Made by a program: the position numbers and the translations under genes. A DNA stretch of 62,687 bases, counting the filler, from Rhabdomonas costata (lineage: Eukaryota), in assembly GCA_019059605.1 (NCBI GenBank). It is 37 parts of 37 records of this genome, joined end to end, with 100 filler letters (N's around TTAATTAATTAA, not from the genome) between each part and the next. Parts side by side here need not be neighbours in the genome. Positions count along the whole stretch, not along the records: positions 10,179 to 11,778 come from JAHMHO010012303.1; positions 11,879 to 13,476 come from JAHMHO010012304.1; positions 13,577 to 15,174 come from JAHMHO010012305.1; positions 15,275 to 16,872 come from JAHMHO010012306.1; positions 16,973 to 18,569 come from JAHMHO010012307.1; positions 18,670 to 20,265 come from JAHMHO010012308.1; positions 20,366 to 21,963 come from JAHMHO010012309.1; positions 22,064 to 23,660 come from JAHMHO010012310.1; 29 more parts are not named here. The stretch is one strand, 5' to 3'. The notes under the pieces are model-generated. The model saw only the letters and a list, made by a program, of their open reading frames with translations. It was not told where the DNA came from and ran no database searches. Each line of letters opens with the position of its first letter. Position 1 is the first letter of the stretch. Below are positions 11,764 to 23,807 of the stretch, piece after piece.

Positions 11764-12013
11764 TGTGTACCCCAAACCNNNNNNNNNNNNNNNNNNNNNN
11801 NNNNNNNNNNNNNNNNNNNNNNTTAATTAATTAANNNNNNNNNNNNNNNNNNNNNNNNNNNNNNNNNNNNNNNNNNNNTTTGTTTCTACCTATGTTTGCT
11901 AGACTCATTTGTTAGGCTCTTCATTCTGTCTCTGTTTGTGTCCCCAACCCCACTCCCACCCTCTTTGCCTGCCTGAGCCCTTCTGTGAACTCCCTTTCCC
12001 TCTCCCAGACGGA

Positions 12014-13090
12014 ATGTCGGAAGCTGGGCAGCCTGAGCTAAACCGGATCAAGGTGATCCTTCGGGTGCGGCCTCCCAACAAGCAGGAGGAGGAGTGGTTC
12101 CGGACCCGCGAGTACGCCCCGATCCTCCGTGATGTCCTGCAGACCCCCAACCCAGACACCCGTATCATCGTTGAGAAGACCAACAAGAGCTACACCTTTG
12201 ACAAGGTCTTCCGTGGGGAGGCCACGCAGAAGCAGCTGTTCCGGGAGGCAGCCATCCCCACCCTGGAGAATGTCTTTGAGGGGTACTGCGGGGCGGTGAT
12301 GGCCTACGGGCAGACCGGCACAGGTCCTGTAGCTTTCCTCGCGAGTCTTGTCGAAAGTTGTGAGTCTTTCTGAGTCATTGTGCGCCCCGGCCGTCAGCTT
12401 CCAGCTATAGCTTCTGTTGTTCTGTTGTCCTGCCGAAGGCTTTCTGTTTTTTTTTTTGCGAGAAACTTGTGGACTGGTGAGCTGGTCCGTTAGGGGTCCG
12501 TATATAACTTGTCGGGGCTAAGCCGAAAGCCCCCCCCCATACACACCGTGAACCACGTGGCTCACCAAATCTCTTCCGGAACTGAGCGCGCTTTACTTAG
12601 CAACGCAGCGATACTCGCACGTCGGACCTTCCATTAGCAGATTGCATCCCCCGCATTCACTGTCAGCATCGTTCAATACCTCGCATTGTTCACCTTCACC
12701 CTTTTCCACCGTCGCCCTAAATATGTGTTATGGTGCTGCAGATGCTTGCCGGGTCCCTCCCCCGTTCAGCATGTTTTTCCTGTTTCTTTTTTGTTTGCGC
12801 GCAGGGAAGACCCACACGATGCAGGGCTATGCCCCCACCATGGGGCTGGAGGAGCGTGGGATTGTCCCGCGGTGTGCGGAGTACATCTTCGGGAGGCTGG
12901 CGCAGAACCGCGCCGTACGGGCGAGCATTCGGATCAGCTTTGTGCAGATCTACCTGGACAAGCTGCAGGACCTGTTCAAGCCCGAGGCTCCGGAGGTGAT
13001 GATCAACCCGGAGAGCCTCCGGGTGGAGCTCCCCGGGATCACGGAGCACGAGGTGGCCTCCCCGGAGAGCTTCATGGAGCTGTTCTACTG
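12014..13090 (+). CDS. Kinesin motor domain, first two exons (12014-12323, 12805-about 13090), partial
   Basis: RIKVILRVRP, YTFDKVF, P-loop AYGQTGT(G)|KTHTM across a GT-AG intron, RGIVPR, SFVQIYLDKLQDL. Confidence 0.96.
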
Positions 13091-14019
13091 GTCCATGCTC
13101 TGGCCCTTCCCCCAGCTCCCCATCCCCAACATACACTGGGTGTTAACCTCAACTTGGCTGACGAATTGGTGACGTTAAACGGAAAAGCGAAGGAAGTTTT
13201 GTCGTGGGCACTGACCCTCAGATTTCTCTTTCTCTCTTTCCCTCTGACTCATTTGCCAGGTACATACAGCAGATGGATCGGGGGGAAGCCATTTGGCGAT
13301 CGCACTGTCTCCCTCAGTGTAGCTCGCAATCTTCATTTGGGCCCACTATCTTCTAAATTGGTTGGTGCCCCATCGTTCTCTTCACGGGTAGCTTTTCATA
13401 TTTGATGGTTGCAAGCCCACCCAGAGGGTGAAACTGTTGGTTGTACACCTGTTGGGTGGGCTTGCAACCACAAAAANNNNNNNNNNNNNNNNNNNNNNNN
13501 NNNNNNNNNNNNNNNNNNNNTTAATTAATTAANNNNNNNNNNNNNNNNNNNNNNNNNNNNNNNNNNNNNNNNNNNNGGGCGGAATGAGAACAGAACAGTT
13601 GATGCGTATTTGTCACCATATTGGAGGTTAGGGTAATGGATCTTCCGACCAACCACGCACACAAACCCCACCCCCTCGCGGGGTGAATATCATTTTTTGA
13701 ACAAATGCTTGCAAGTGTGGACATGAGTCACGTGAACACTGCTCAAATTCAACAGAACTGGGAACACTTCGGAACGCCCCGCGTGCCCCCACTACTCCCC
13801 ACTACTGGGTTAAAAATGCAAAAAGAAAAAAAGGGGGGGGGGCTTATCTCCTCAGCACATGTCACTCAAGGAGGCGTGACGGCTCCTGCTAACTTCTAGG
13901 ACAATTTGTTCACCACAGCCCTCAATGTGAATGCAAGCAACGAACGTCATCTCCTGGACAACTCGATTGCGAAGCAGGCCAGGAAAAAGGGGGAAAGGTC
14001 TGGGCCACGGAACTGCAGT

Positions 14020-14978
14020 GACCAAGAAAGAGACAGCCAGGGAAGTCAGACCAGCAAGAGCAACCTTTTCGAGCCATCGCGCGGTGCGGTCCAGGGGCTT
14101 GGCCTCCAAATGAGCACGAAGCAGCCCGGCAGCGACCTCGTGATCACCGGCTATCATCAGGGCAAACATTCGCCGCCATTCTGCGAACTCGTCCGAGGCG
14201 TTTTGCTGTTTTTGGGCAAAATGGAAAAATGAAGGAGCAATAAGAGGCAAACAGCATCACAGTTTAACTTCTTTGCACCCCAATCATCGAACAAAAATCG
14301 TTCTGGCCGCACATACGAAAAGGATGGCGTACATCCACTCCGCCTCGGGAAGCTGCTTGCGCCCGCACAGCTCATGTACGACCACTCGAACAAGAGACTG
14401 TCCGGGCCTCGACCATAAAACCTTTGAAAGGTATCACAGAAATTTTTGTGCTCGAATCGAACCTCAACAGTAGCGAATACGGTGACAGGACAGTAGAAAA
14501 GCGTATAGTTACGCATGCAGAGCTGCAACAAAACGTACAACACAAAGCCAAAAAGGCGGCAGAAACAGCCTCAAAACGAAAAATAAGCATAATCATAACT
14601 GAGAAAAGTGATGAAAAAGAGATGACGGAGGAAAACCTTGCGCAAGCAAATTCCCTTCCAACGGGCCCATGCCATCCAAACTTAATTTCTGACCAATCTC
14701 AAAAGAACAGCACTCCGTTGCGGTGAACACAAACATTGCAAAATGAAAAGTTGTTGCCTCGTAAGTTCTGCTTTTGTGTGGAGAAGAAAAGCCTCAACCT
14801 CAAAAGTAGGTGAGCAGCATCAGTGACAAAGAGGGGCAAGTACCACGTCAATGGGCCGCGTCAGGTAAGCGTGCTGCACAGTTTTGTACACCCCTTCGTC
14901 GATCACGGCCTCCACAGTGGCCTCCGCCGCGACCTCCAGCAGACACTTTGATAGCTCGAGGGCACAGCTCATGGTGAC
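14020..14978 (-). CDS. C-terminal part of a divergent class III cyclase-like protein (exons 14978-14844, 14421-14317, 14205-about 14020)
   Basis: Two phase-0 GT-AG introns join VTMSCALELSKCLL...VIDEGVYKTVQHAYLTRPIDV|VLWSRPG...VHELCGRKQLPEAEWMYAILF|QNASDEF...HLEAKPLDRTARWL. The RPID and EWMY motifs resemble protist cyclase C-termini. The 3' end is uncertain. Confidence 0.65.
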
Positions 14979-15765
14979 CTAAGAGGATAGAACGTGTTCC
15001 AGCGGTGCAATGGAAGCTGTGAGCCAACTGGACAAGGGAATGAAATTTTTTTGGGATTTGTAATGAATTCTTTTTGATGCTGTTCGATGCCGGGAAGGGG
15101 TTATCGTCATTGCGTCTTTGTGTCCAGCGAATAAAATCGCACCCTTCGCAAACGTTTTTCTGATCAAACAAAAANNNNNNNNNNNNNNNNNNNNNNNNNN
15201 NNNNNNNNNNNNNNNNNNTTAATTAATTAANNNNNNNNNNNNNNNNNNNNNNNNNNNNNNNNNNNNNNNNNNNNGTTGTGTTGGTAAAACTGGCTGAGAT
15301 CACAGGCGACAACAAATTGGAATGGAGAACCACGTTTGCACAATCACTCTTGGACGACGCGGTGCAGCGTGGTGCACGTGGGTGTTTTTACTGCGTGTCA
15401 CAAGACCATTTTATGAATAATTGCCCGTAAATCATGTAGAGAGCATGGCAGTCCACACAAACCACATTGTCAGGAAGCACAAAGTTTCAGGACGTGGAAA
15501 CTGTAACTGTAAAGAAGTAAAACCCAAACTTAAGACGATTGGAATAGGCGAATCCAACTAGCGAAAATGATCCCAAGAGTATTGACCAAGTGTTTTAATC
15601 AGAGCAAGAAGTAAACTGTGTGGGTAATTTGGCATTGTAGCTGTTTTTTTGGTGAAGCGGTAGGCCAGAGATATAAGGAGGAATGTTGTGAGGTAAGCAT
15701 AATATAAAGCGATGAGCAGTGAAAATACCAATACAGTGTAAAACCTGGTAGCCAGTCAACCAACA

Positions 15766-16800
15766 GTGGGAACGCGCTGCGAGTCAGTGGCACCACGGAT
15801 GATCTCATATCCGTCATCCGAATCCTCTCTGTCAAAGAGGAAGTCCGGGTGCGCACTGGAACGCCATGTGTCCTTTAAACCTACAGCAGGTGTCAGCCAG
15901 GGATGTGTCCTTTCGCCGACGTTGTTCATTCTCATGTTTGAATACGTCATCATGATGGAGATGCGGTGAGTTGCAGACTGGCCCTAACGGACGCACTGGC
16001 CATCGGATGGTCCCACCTGGACCTTCTGGGCTACGCAGATGATATAGAACTCATATCACTAAATAAGCCGGCTCTCTGCGCTTGCATGGTACAGTTCGAA
16101 TCACATGCACCAGAGCTGGCCTTAATCTCAGCACGAAAACCAAGCTCATCCAATTTCCCGCTGACTCAAACCCAAGAAACTACGGCCTGCAGCTTGGTGA
16201 CCTTTATATTGGAGACTCCGCCCCATTCACTTACTTAGGCAGGAGTGTGAACACAGAGCAGGACATAACACAAAAATTCGTCATGGACCGTGTGGCAAAT
16301 GCCGACGCCGTATTCGAACTTCTGCACACGATCTGGGACTCCGCAAAACTTCCAAATCTTCTCAAAGCAATGATGTACCAATAGATCGTCCGACACATTG
16401 CCTTGTCTGGGCCGAGGCATGAACGCTGCTACACGCCCACGATCAGATACTTAATTTGGCGGACATGCGATGGATCAGGAGGCTGGTGAATGTTTCGCGT
16501 CGACAGGTAATACCAAATACCGAAGTCCGCCGGCGCTCCCAGTGCATCTTCCCACTTAGCAAAGACTGCCGGAAGGCTAGCCTTAGATAATACGTATATT
16601 TCAGCCGAAAACCGGCCATACTGGAAACGACAGTCGCGCTGCAGAAGCCGCAACAGTCACAGACATTCCAGGACGTCCACGCCTGCAATGGACGCAGCTA
16701 CTGGCGGCGGATGCGGCCACTCAAGTAATGTCATTGCTGGAACTACGCCGCATGGCCCAGTACAGTGAACAGTATCGCCAGCATGTATTCAGCGCCGCAC
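15766..16800 (+). mobile_element. Non-LTR retrotransposon RT remnant (RTE-like), frameshifted
   Basis: GVSQGCVLSPTLF, LGYADDIEL, GLNLSTKTK, FTYLGRSV and a C-terminal GRPRLQW are spread over several frames. Confidence 0.9.
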
Positions 16801-19229
16801 GCATCGATGGCCAATCCGTCAGTTCATGCGGAAGTCATACAACCATCATGGACGTGGTGACAACACCCCAACNNNNNNNNNNNNNNNNNNNNNNNNNNNN
16901 NNNNNNNNNNNNNNNNTTAATTAATTAANNNNNNNNNNNNNNNNNNNNNNNNNNNNNNNNNNNNNNNNNNNNGTTGTTTTGTGAGTGACTGCCAGCCAGC
17001 TCCCTTTGTCCTTGGACGACCTCCCTTGGGATTACACCGGAAAAAGGGAGCTGGCTGGCAGTCACTCACAAAAGAAGCACACAAAAGGTGCAACAGAAAT
17101 GTGAATGCCCGATCCGAAGCGATGTGATACCGGACCCACGGAATATTTCGCTCGGTAGGTGCTCTACAGTCGCAGTCCCTCGAGGACAGCATCTGTAAGA
17201 GGTAGGCAGAAGGACTCCAGCACAAGAGAAAATAAAGAGACCAGGAACTCGCTCATGCTAACGAAAGCGTATGAAGGATACACTAATTGTGTTGCATCAT
17301 CCGAGAAATCTTCATACAATTCGCAGCATGACACAGTGAGATAAGGGCCCCCAAAATGGGAAGACAGGTTGCGAAAATGAAAGAGGAATATTACATAGGG
17401 TTACAGGGCGTGGAATTCCAATAGACGGGGTAATAAAGCTTCACCCCATTCAGAAACGTGGCAACATAAAGCTGTGCAATGTGCGAGCCCTCTCGGGAAC
17501 TGGGGGGGGGAACTCCAATAACAGGCGCGGAACTGGCCGATGTTGCGTCAGTTGCGTCGCCTTCTATCATGACGATGCGCGGCAATCAACTCAACAAGAC
17601 TACTGACGGCTACTGAGAAAGTCATCTGAAAACCAAGTAAATTAGATGCTCCAGCCGCACAAAGGAGACAGCCTCTTCCTCTGATAGCCTGCTCCATCTG
17701 AACATCTGGAGCATGTGGCAAGGGACCTCTTCCTATCTACAATCTACTAAACCCGAAGACAATGCAACCCGGGCCAAGTTGGGTGGGGGAGTCTCTCGCC
17801 GACGGGAAACATGGATTTTCACGCTGCCAGAAAGAAGGGGATGGTGAGAATACCAAAAGCAAAAGCGCCGGCGGAGGCCTGATCCCCGGGACACGGTGCG
17901 GGAGGGTCACCATCGAGAGTGAGGGAGGGAACCTGCCATACCCCACAAGGATAAAGCGCGGAGCGCGTGGCTCAGCAGAACACAACAAAACAGAACTAAC
18001 AGCGACAAGCAGTGCACATCCACCCAGAGCCAAGCAACATCCTGAGACTGAGACAGGAATGACAGGAATGGGCAGTAGTTACATCTATGAATCTACGAGG
18101 GGAAAATTAAAAAGAAAAATTCCCAAATCCTCATGCCAATGACCCGTTGCTCTGGATTTCTCCGGAAGAGTACGACCAAAGCGACGAGCCCTGCCGGCAA
18201 TAGGAGCTGAACAGAAAACTCCTCTCAATGGAAAAGGAACCAGACCGCACCCGTGTGATACGAGCATTCTCTCCTTGTTACAGCAAGGCAATGCACCACA
18301 TTTGGCAGGTGGGAACCTTTCAATCAAATCCACAAATTTCGAAGCGGGGAAATGAATGGGGGAGCAATACAACCTCCTCTTGAATTTCGTATCCGCAAAT
18401 ATTCCAATAATTAGTTCTTCCGAAAACTCCAACCTGCATACACAGGAAAAACCCTGAGTTGGCTCACCTATTTCCAATCGTCAAACGTGCCCAACAAGGA
18501 TCTGGATCTTATCCTCGTCCGAAACGGCCTGCAGGACGCAGTCTAGTTGCGTTGCTATCCCCCACCCCCNNNNNNNNNNNNNNNNNNNNNNNNNNNNNNN
18601 NNNNNNNNNNNNNTTAATTAATTAANNNNNNNNNNNNNNNNNNNNNNNNNNNNNNNNNNNNNNNNNNNNATTGAGCGTAATTGACGGAAAAGCTTAAAGA
18701 AAGATACATGTATTTAGTCGAGATCGACTTTATCTACCAAATTGCAAGTCGTCTTTGATGTTATGTCGCGGAAAATCATTTGCGACCGCCCAAACCTTAG
18801 TGCAAGACGGGCGAAAATTTTCGGATAGTCTTTTAGGTCTTTGATTTTGCGTCACTTAGTTTGTGAAAGCTTGAACTTGGATTTTTTAGGCTCAATCGTG
18901 TTTTTCCAAAGCCTTCTGAGCTTGCCAATGTCTGCTGACCTCAAGGTGTTTGCTGTGTGTAGTTTGCTGCAGGTCTGAGAAGATGAAAGCTCAGAGTTGA
19001 GGTATAATTACGTGCACAGCATGAAGATTTCGCTCGGATTCCAGTATAAGGGTGCTCTCCATCTTCGATTCATGGTGTTTTAACCGCGAAGACGATCTTC
19101 ACAGCCAAGGACGGCATCCTGTGGACTTATTGGAACCACTTTAATTCTTGGTCACTCCCCGAGCGAAGTTCCGTGGTGCTTTATCCAGTGCACATTCGGC
19201 TGTGTGAGGGGAAGGGGGGGATTTCGCAG

Positions 19230-19915
19230 CTGATGCAGACAATCGGTTTTCCTGGGTACACCTCCCACCTGGCGACACACCGGGGGTTCACCGATCAGAC
19301 CTTGCGGTGGTTCACGGAGTTTCAGGAAGGCAAGCTCGACCCCAAGGTCGTGCTGGAAGCTGTGGTGCAGGTGTGACTCCCTGTGGTGGCTTGGGTGGCT
19401 TGAACCCCGTACAATATACCCCCTATATGTACCTGGGCTCGCGTCAGGCTCTGCCCGTGGACCTAAGGCAGTCGATCTTTTTTCTCGTGCTGAGGTGCTT
19501 TTTATGGATTTTTTCCAACACTATCACCGTTGGTTTGTGTTGGATTTTGCTTTCTCTCTCCGAACTGATGAGGCCGAAACAATGGCGTTACGGTGGTTAG
19601 CTTTTGATGATAAATAAGGAGCAGTGAAGGGGTATGAACTGCCCGAGGATGAAAGTGCTTGCAACACACCCCTGTCTGTTAAAGCATCCAGGCCTGCTTT
19701 AGCTTCGCCCTCAAATATTGAAGATATTTGTTCGTTTTGCGATCATTCTTTCCCTGGCGCAGTGGCTTGTCAACCACATCCGGGGCAGCGACTCCCAGAT
19801 AGCGCTGTGCTGCGCGGCGAAGGGCATCGACCCCAACCGCTTTGCGCAAGTTGAGGACGCCGTGCCGGTCTCTCGCCGCTCCTCGGTTCAGGAGCATCCG
19901 CTTCCTATCGGTTGA
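19230..19915 (+). CDS. Hemerythrin-domain protein, exons 19230-19370 and 19763-about 19910, partial
   Basis: Spliced LMQTIGFPGYTSHLATHRGF...EAVVQ|WLVNHIRGSD contains the LM...(Y/F)P...HxxxH and WLxxHIxxxD di-iron motifs. The intron is a phase-0 GT-AG. Confidence 0.88.
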
Positions 19916-20932
19916 GCTGCATGCCCTCTCGTTTCTCTGCCTCCAAGTGGCCTGTTCATGATCTTATTCCATCCGTATCCTCATTTTTTCTTTGAATTAA
20001 AATCAGCAAGAAGCGCACCTCGAGAGACAGGCATGCCGCGGCAGGCAAGAACGGGACGTGATTCAGCGTTGTCATGGATGCGGTATAGGGGGGCGTTTCA
20101 CTCAACCTTTGTTGGCCAGAAGCCAGCAGCAGCCAGAAGCAAGTGGGGATGCGTTTTTGGCGACTGACTGGTTTTGGCCATGTGCAGCTGAGATGAAGCC
20201 CTTCTCAACCCCCCGGGGCTTTTTATCGCCTTTTCGCTTTTCACTTTTCGCTTCGCACAACCACCNNNNNNNNNNNNNNNNNNNNNNNNNNNNNNNNNNN
20301 NNNNNNNNNTTAATTAATTAANNNNNNNNNNNNNNNNNNNNNNNNNNNNNNNNNNNNNNNNNNNNATGTCCGATGCGCGAAGCGGGTGTCTGGGGTATAC
20401 CCAGCTTCTCAGGTGTGAGAGACCATGTGCTAGAATGTTTGCATCTTATCGATCATGTATTATGTCACCTGCACATTCGTAAGGATTGGTTCGGGAAGGG
20501 GAAATCACGGAGTGCTGTGCAATTCATGTGTGTGGATCGCGGACAGAAACCGGCCCCACTTCATTTGATACATTGCTGTCATGTGCAGGTTTGTTTCACT
20601 GAAGATGTTCCCTTTTGTTATTTTTTTCCTCGCGTGCGCGCTTAAGTGAGACGAAAGAGCAACCACCACAGAAAAAGATATGTGCTTTTGCACATCTGAT
20701 TGTGTGGGTAGGTGGAGCGAGAGGTCGTTCGGAGTGTGTATTGTGTATTGGAAGTTTGGAACGTTTTTGCCTCCCTTTTTTTTCCATAATGAAGTTTGTA
20801 TTTTTCCTCGATTCCACTTCCCTGTTCTCGCTGAAAGCTGAGGAAGATGCAAGGATTGCTGGGAATGATCGGCAGTAACTGTGGGTTTTCTCTTTTTTTT
20901 CTTCGTTTTTTTATTATCATTTGCTAAACCAG

Positions 20933-21025
20933 GTGAAGCTCTGGCGAACTCACGAGGAGATGGTGATGCCCCAGGCTGTGCCGCTTTTCCCTCCGAACAT
21001 GCTCTCTTACCTGCAAAACCTCGAG
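20933..21025 (+). CDS. Probable internal exon of an unknown protein
   Basis: A pyrimidine tract and AG precede VKLWRTHEEMVMPQAVPLFPPNMLSYLQNLE. The donor is ambiguous. Confidence 0.35.
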
Positions 21026-21621
21026 GCATGTGTCGTGCGGGTGCGTCGCTTTATGGTGATGTTGTTTTGCGAGCAGTTTTGCTCTATCAGCGGAGCGGGA
21101 TTGGGAATATTATCCCTGCAGTCCCCACGAAGTCATTGATATCACATACTTTTGAACTGAGAACGGCCCCACCCCCTCTTCGTCTCTCTTTTTGTCCACG
21201 TCCACTTTTCTTCCTTGAGGAATGGTGGAATGGGTTAAATTGGACAACTGAACTTGCAGGGTTAGGGTGCCAAGGGTTCCAGAGGTGCCAAAAGTTCTCT
21301 AAAGTGCAGCGGCTGACTTGGTGGTCAACTGCGTAGTCGTCAGCTGCGTAGCCAACCTTTTTATGGAAGTCCAGCTGGGGCTGTCCCGAGCGTTATCTTG
21401 TTTGACTTCGGGACAGTTGTGTCTGTTTGTTCGCGTTTGCGAATGTTTGTCCGATGAAAAGAGGGAAAAGAAACACACACGCACACACGTGAAGGAGAAG
21501 GAGGAGGAGGAGAAGGAAGCCAAAGTACTCGCAGACACATCAGGGCAAGGAGTCAGTGAGGCAACCTCGAGGTACCCGAGGCTCAGCTGAAGAGGGCAGG
21601 AATAGCCCGCAACCCAACGAT

Positions 21622-21712
21622 AGAGCGATGTGCTGGCACGGCAACGCCTGTAGATACCGGTGCTGCCCGTTCACCCATCCGAAAGAAAAGCCCCAAGGGT
21701 CGTTCCCGCGAG
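21622..21712 (+). repeat. Dispersed repeat encoding a CCCH zinc finger (copy 1)
   Basis: Translates as RAMCWHGNACRYRCCPFTHPKE and is closely similar in DNA to the minus strand of 52640-52729. Confidence 0.8.
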
Positions 21713-22063
21713 AATAGGCCCCAGCCCCCCAAGGAAGGAGTGTGGAGTCGCAGAGATCTGAGCAGTAATGGAACAATGCAGGTAGCCGCTGGAAAAGAGC
21801 AGCTGCGCGACAATGGCCCGGGACCGGTGGGGCAGAAGGGAGGTTACCAGATGTGCAACGTTCGGCGGTGAGCAGGTTTCGGTTCCCCACGGCACCGTCC
21901 GCTCCAACGACACGTCTCGCGAGCACCCCTGGCCAACAGCGCGTGCGCCCGTCAGTCCAACCANNNNNNNNNNNNNNNNNNNNNNNNNNNNNNNNNNNNN
22001 NNNNNNNTTAATTAATTAANNNNNNNNNNNNNNNNNNNNNNNNNNNNNNNNNNNNNNNNNNNN

Positions 22064-22570
22064 CCTGTTGACAGAAGGAGCACTTCTACGGGTTGGCAAA
22101 GAGATCGTTCTTGTCAAGTCGTTTGTACACGTGTAGGATGGCGTGCAGGTGTTCCTCAAGAAGATTAGCACATCGCCAATGTACGCTACGGCAAACTTAC
22201 GGAGAGCTGACAGGACAACGTCCATCGTCCGTTGGAAGGTAGAGGTGGCGTTACACAACCCAAAGAGCATGACCCGGTAGTGAAACGTGCCATACTTAGT
22301 CTTAAATGCAGTGCGGTGGACGTGCTTCTGGTAAACTCGGATTTGGTGAAAGCCATAGTGGAGGTCAAGCTTGGTGAAGTAGCAAGCATTCCACACCTGG
22401 TCAAATATTTCATCAATCCTCGGTAGGTGGTACGCGTCTACTGTATTGATTGTGTTCAAAGGTCGACAGTCAACACAAAGTCTAAGTTTTCCGTTATCTT
22501 TGGGCGCAAAAAGGATGCCTGCTCCGTAAGGAGACACAGTAGGTTCAATGAATTCAAGATCCGTTAGTTA
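22064..22570 (-). mobile_element. Ty3/gypsy RT remnant, inactive
   Basis: SPYGAGILFAPKDNGKLRLCVDCRPLN...LPRIDEIFD...KLDLHYGFHQI...TAFKTKYG...FGLCNATSTFQR...YIGD. YxDD is mutated and a frameshift follows. Confidence 0.95.
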
Positions 22571-23807
22571 CCTCTGAGGAGTCTGCATTTAAGTTACTCC
22601 TGAGGTTTCCGTCACACGCCCCCACCTTCTGTTTTTGCTTTCGGCCTACCTGCGCATTGTTTTCGGCCGGGCGCCCGCTTGTAAAAGATGGTGCACTCTC
22701 TTGGCGTGCCATTTTTTTTGCTCTTCGTCTTTCCGGCTTCTGTGTATGTTTTCCCCGTGCCGTGGTGGGCTTTGGTCTTTTCTAGCTACCCGCGCCTTGG
22801 CGAGAGACTTGCGGCTTCCACCCCTTTTTTGCCCCCTCACGCGCCCACTTTTTTCCCCTTACCAGTGACTCCGGCCGCTTCCCTCGGACCCTTTGTCCCC
22901 CGAGGTGTTACTCCCACTTCTTCCGTTACAGCCTCGTGTTTCCTTCGTTTACTAAGGCGCCACGGGGAAAGTTTTCGGGTAGTTCTCATCCAGAATTCGT
23001 TTTTTCCACAACGGCAACGCTGGCGAGGATTTCATGTGCGACCGATGGAGGGGCTGGGACACTTCCCCTTGGCTCGCCAGCGCGCCACAGAAGTACCACG
23101 AAGCACTAGAAACGCGACGGAAAACGCGGAAACCGAAAAAAACTGTTGGCGGTCGCGTCAGCCGTGGGTAATCCTGGAGACCTCCATAACAAAATCATGA
23201 TATCAATAACCTAATAATTTCAACAAATTACTTACACTTCCACGACTGAATGACACGCATCGCATTTGGACTAATGCGCCAACTCTTTCAAATTTCACGG
23301 GGAGGAGACAGCATGGTTTTCTTCGAATTTTGGCCCATCTCACTGAATCCGCCAGACTTGGCTCCGTACTTTAGTTGTGCTTGACCTGTCTCTGTGGCAC
23401 CTCCTCTTTAGCCGCCGTGCCACATGCCATAAGATGCTCTTGAGCCTGCTCTTGAGTCATCCCACGAGCCGACGATACCGCCAGTGGTGCAGGGCAACCT
23501 GCGGATCGACCGAAACCAACCCCCCCCCCTTGTGCCGAAGACGAGCAAAAAAGAGAAGTTTGGGCGCGAGAAGACAGTTTCGTTCTTGAAGGAGCTTAAC
23601 GGCACTCAAATTGTACATGAAGCAAATGAATGTGCGAAGAAACCTCTTGGGGGTCTCGCTNNNNNNNNNNNNNNNNNNNNNNNNNNNNNNNNNNNNNNNN
23701 NNNNTTAATTAATTAANNNNNNNNNNNNNNNNNNNNNNNNNNNNNNNNNNNNNNNNNNNNGGTGTTTTGTGAGTTTCACCTCAACCTTTTGTTTTTGATG
23801 GGTTCAG

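Noticed and set aside
19430-19444. 15-mer TACCTGGGCTCGCGT shared with 57240-57254
   Set aside because: The similarity does not extend and is too short to define an element.
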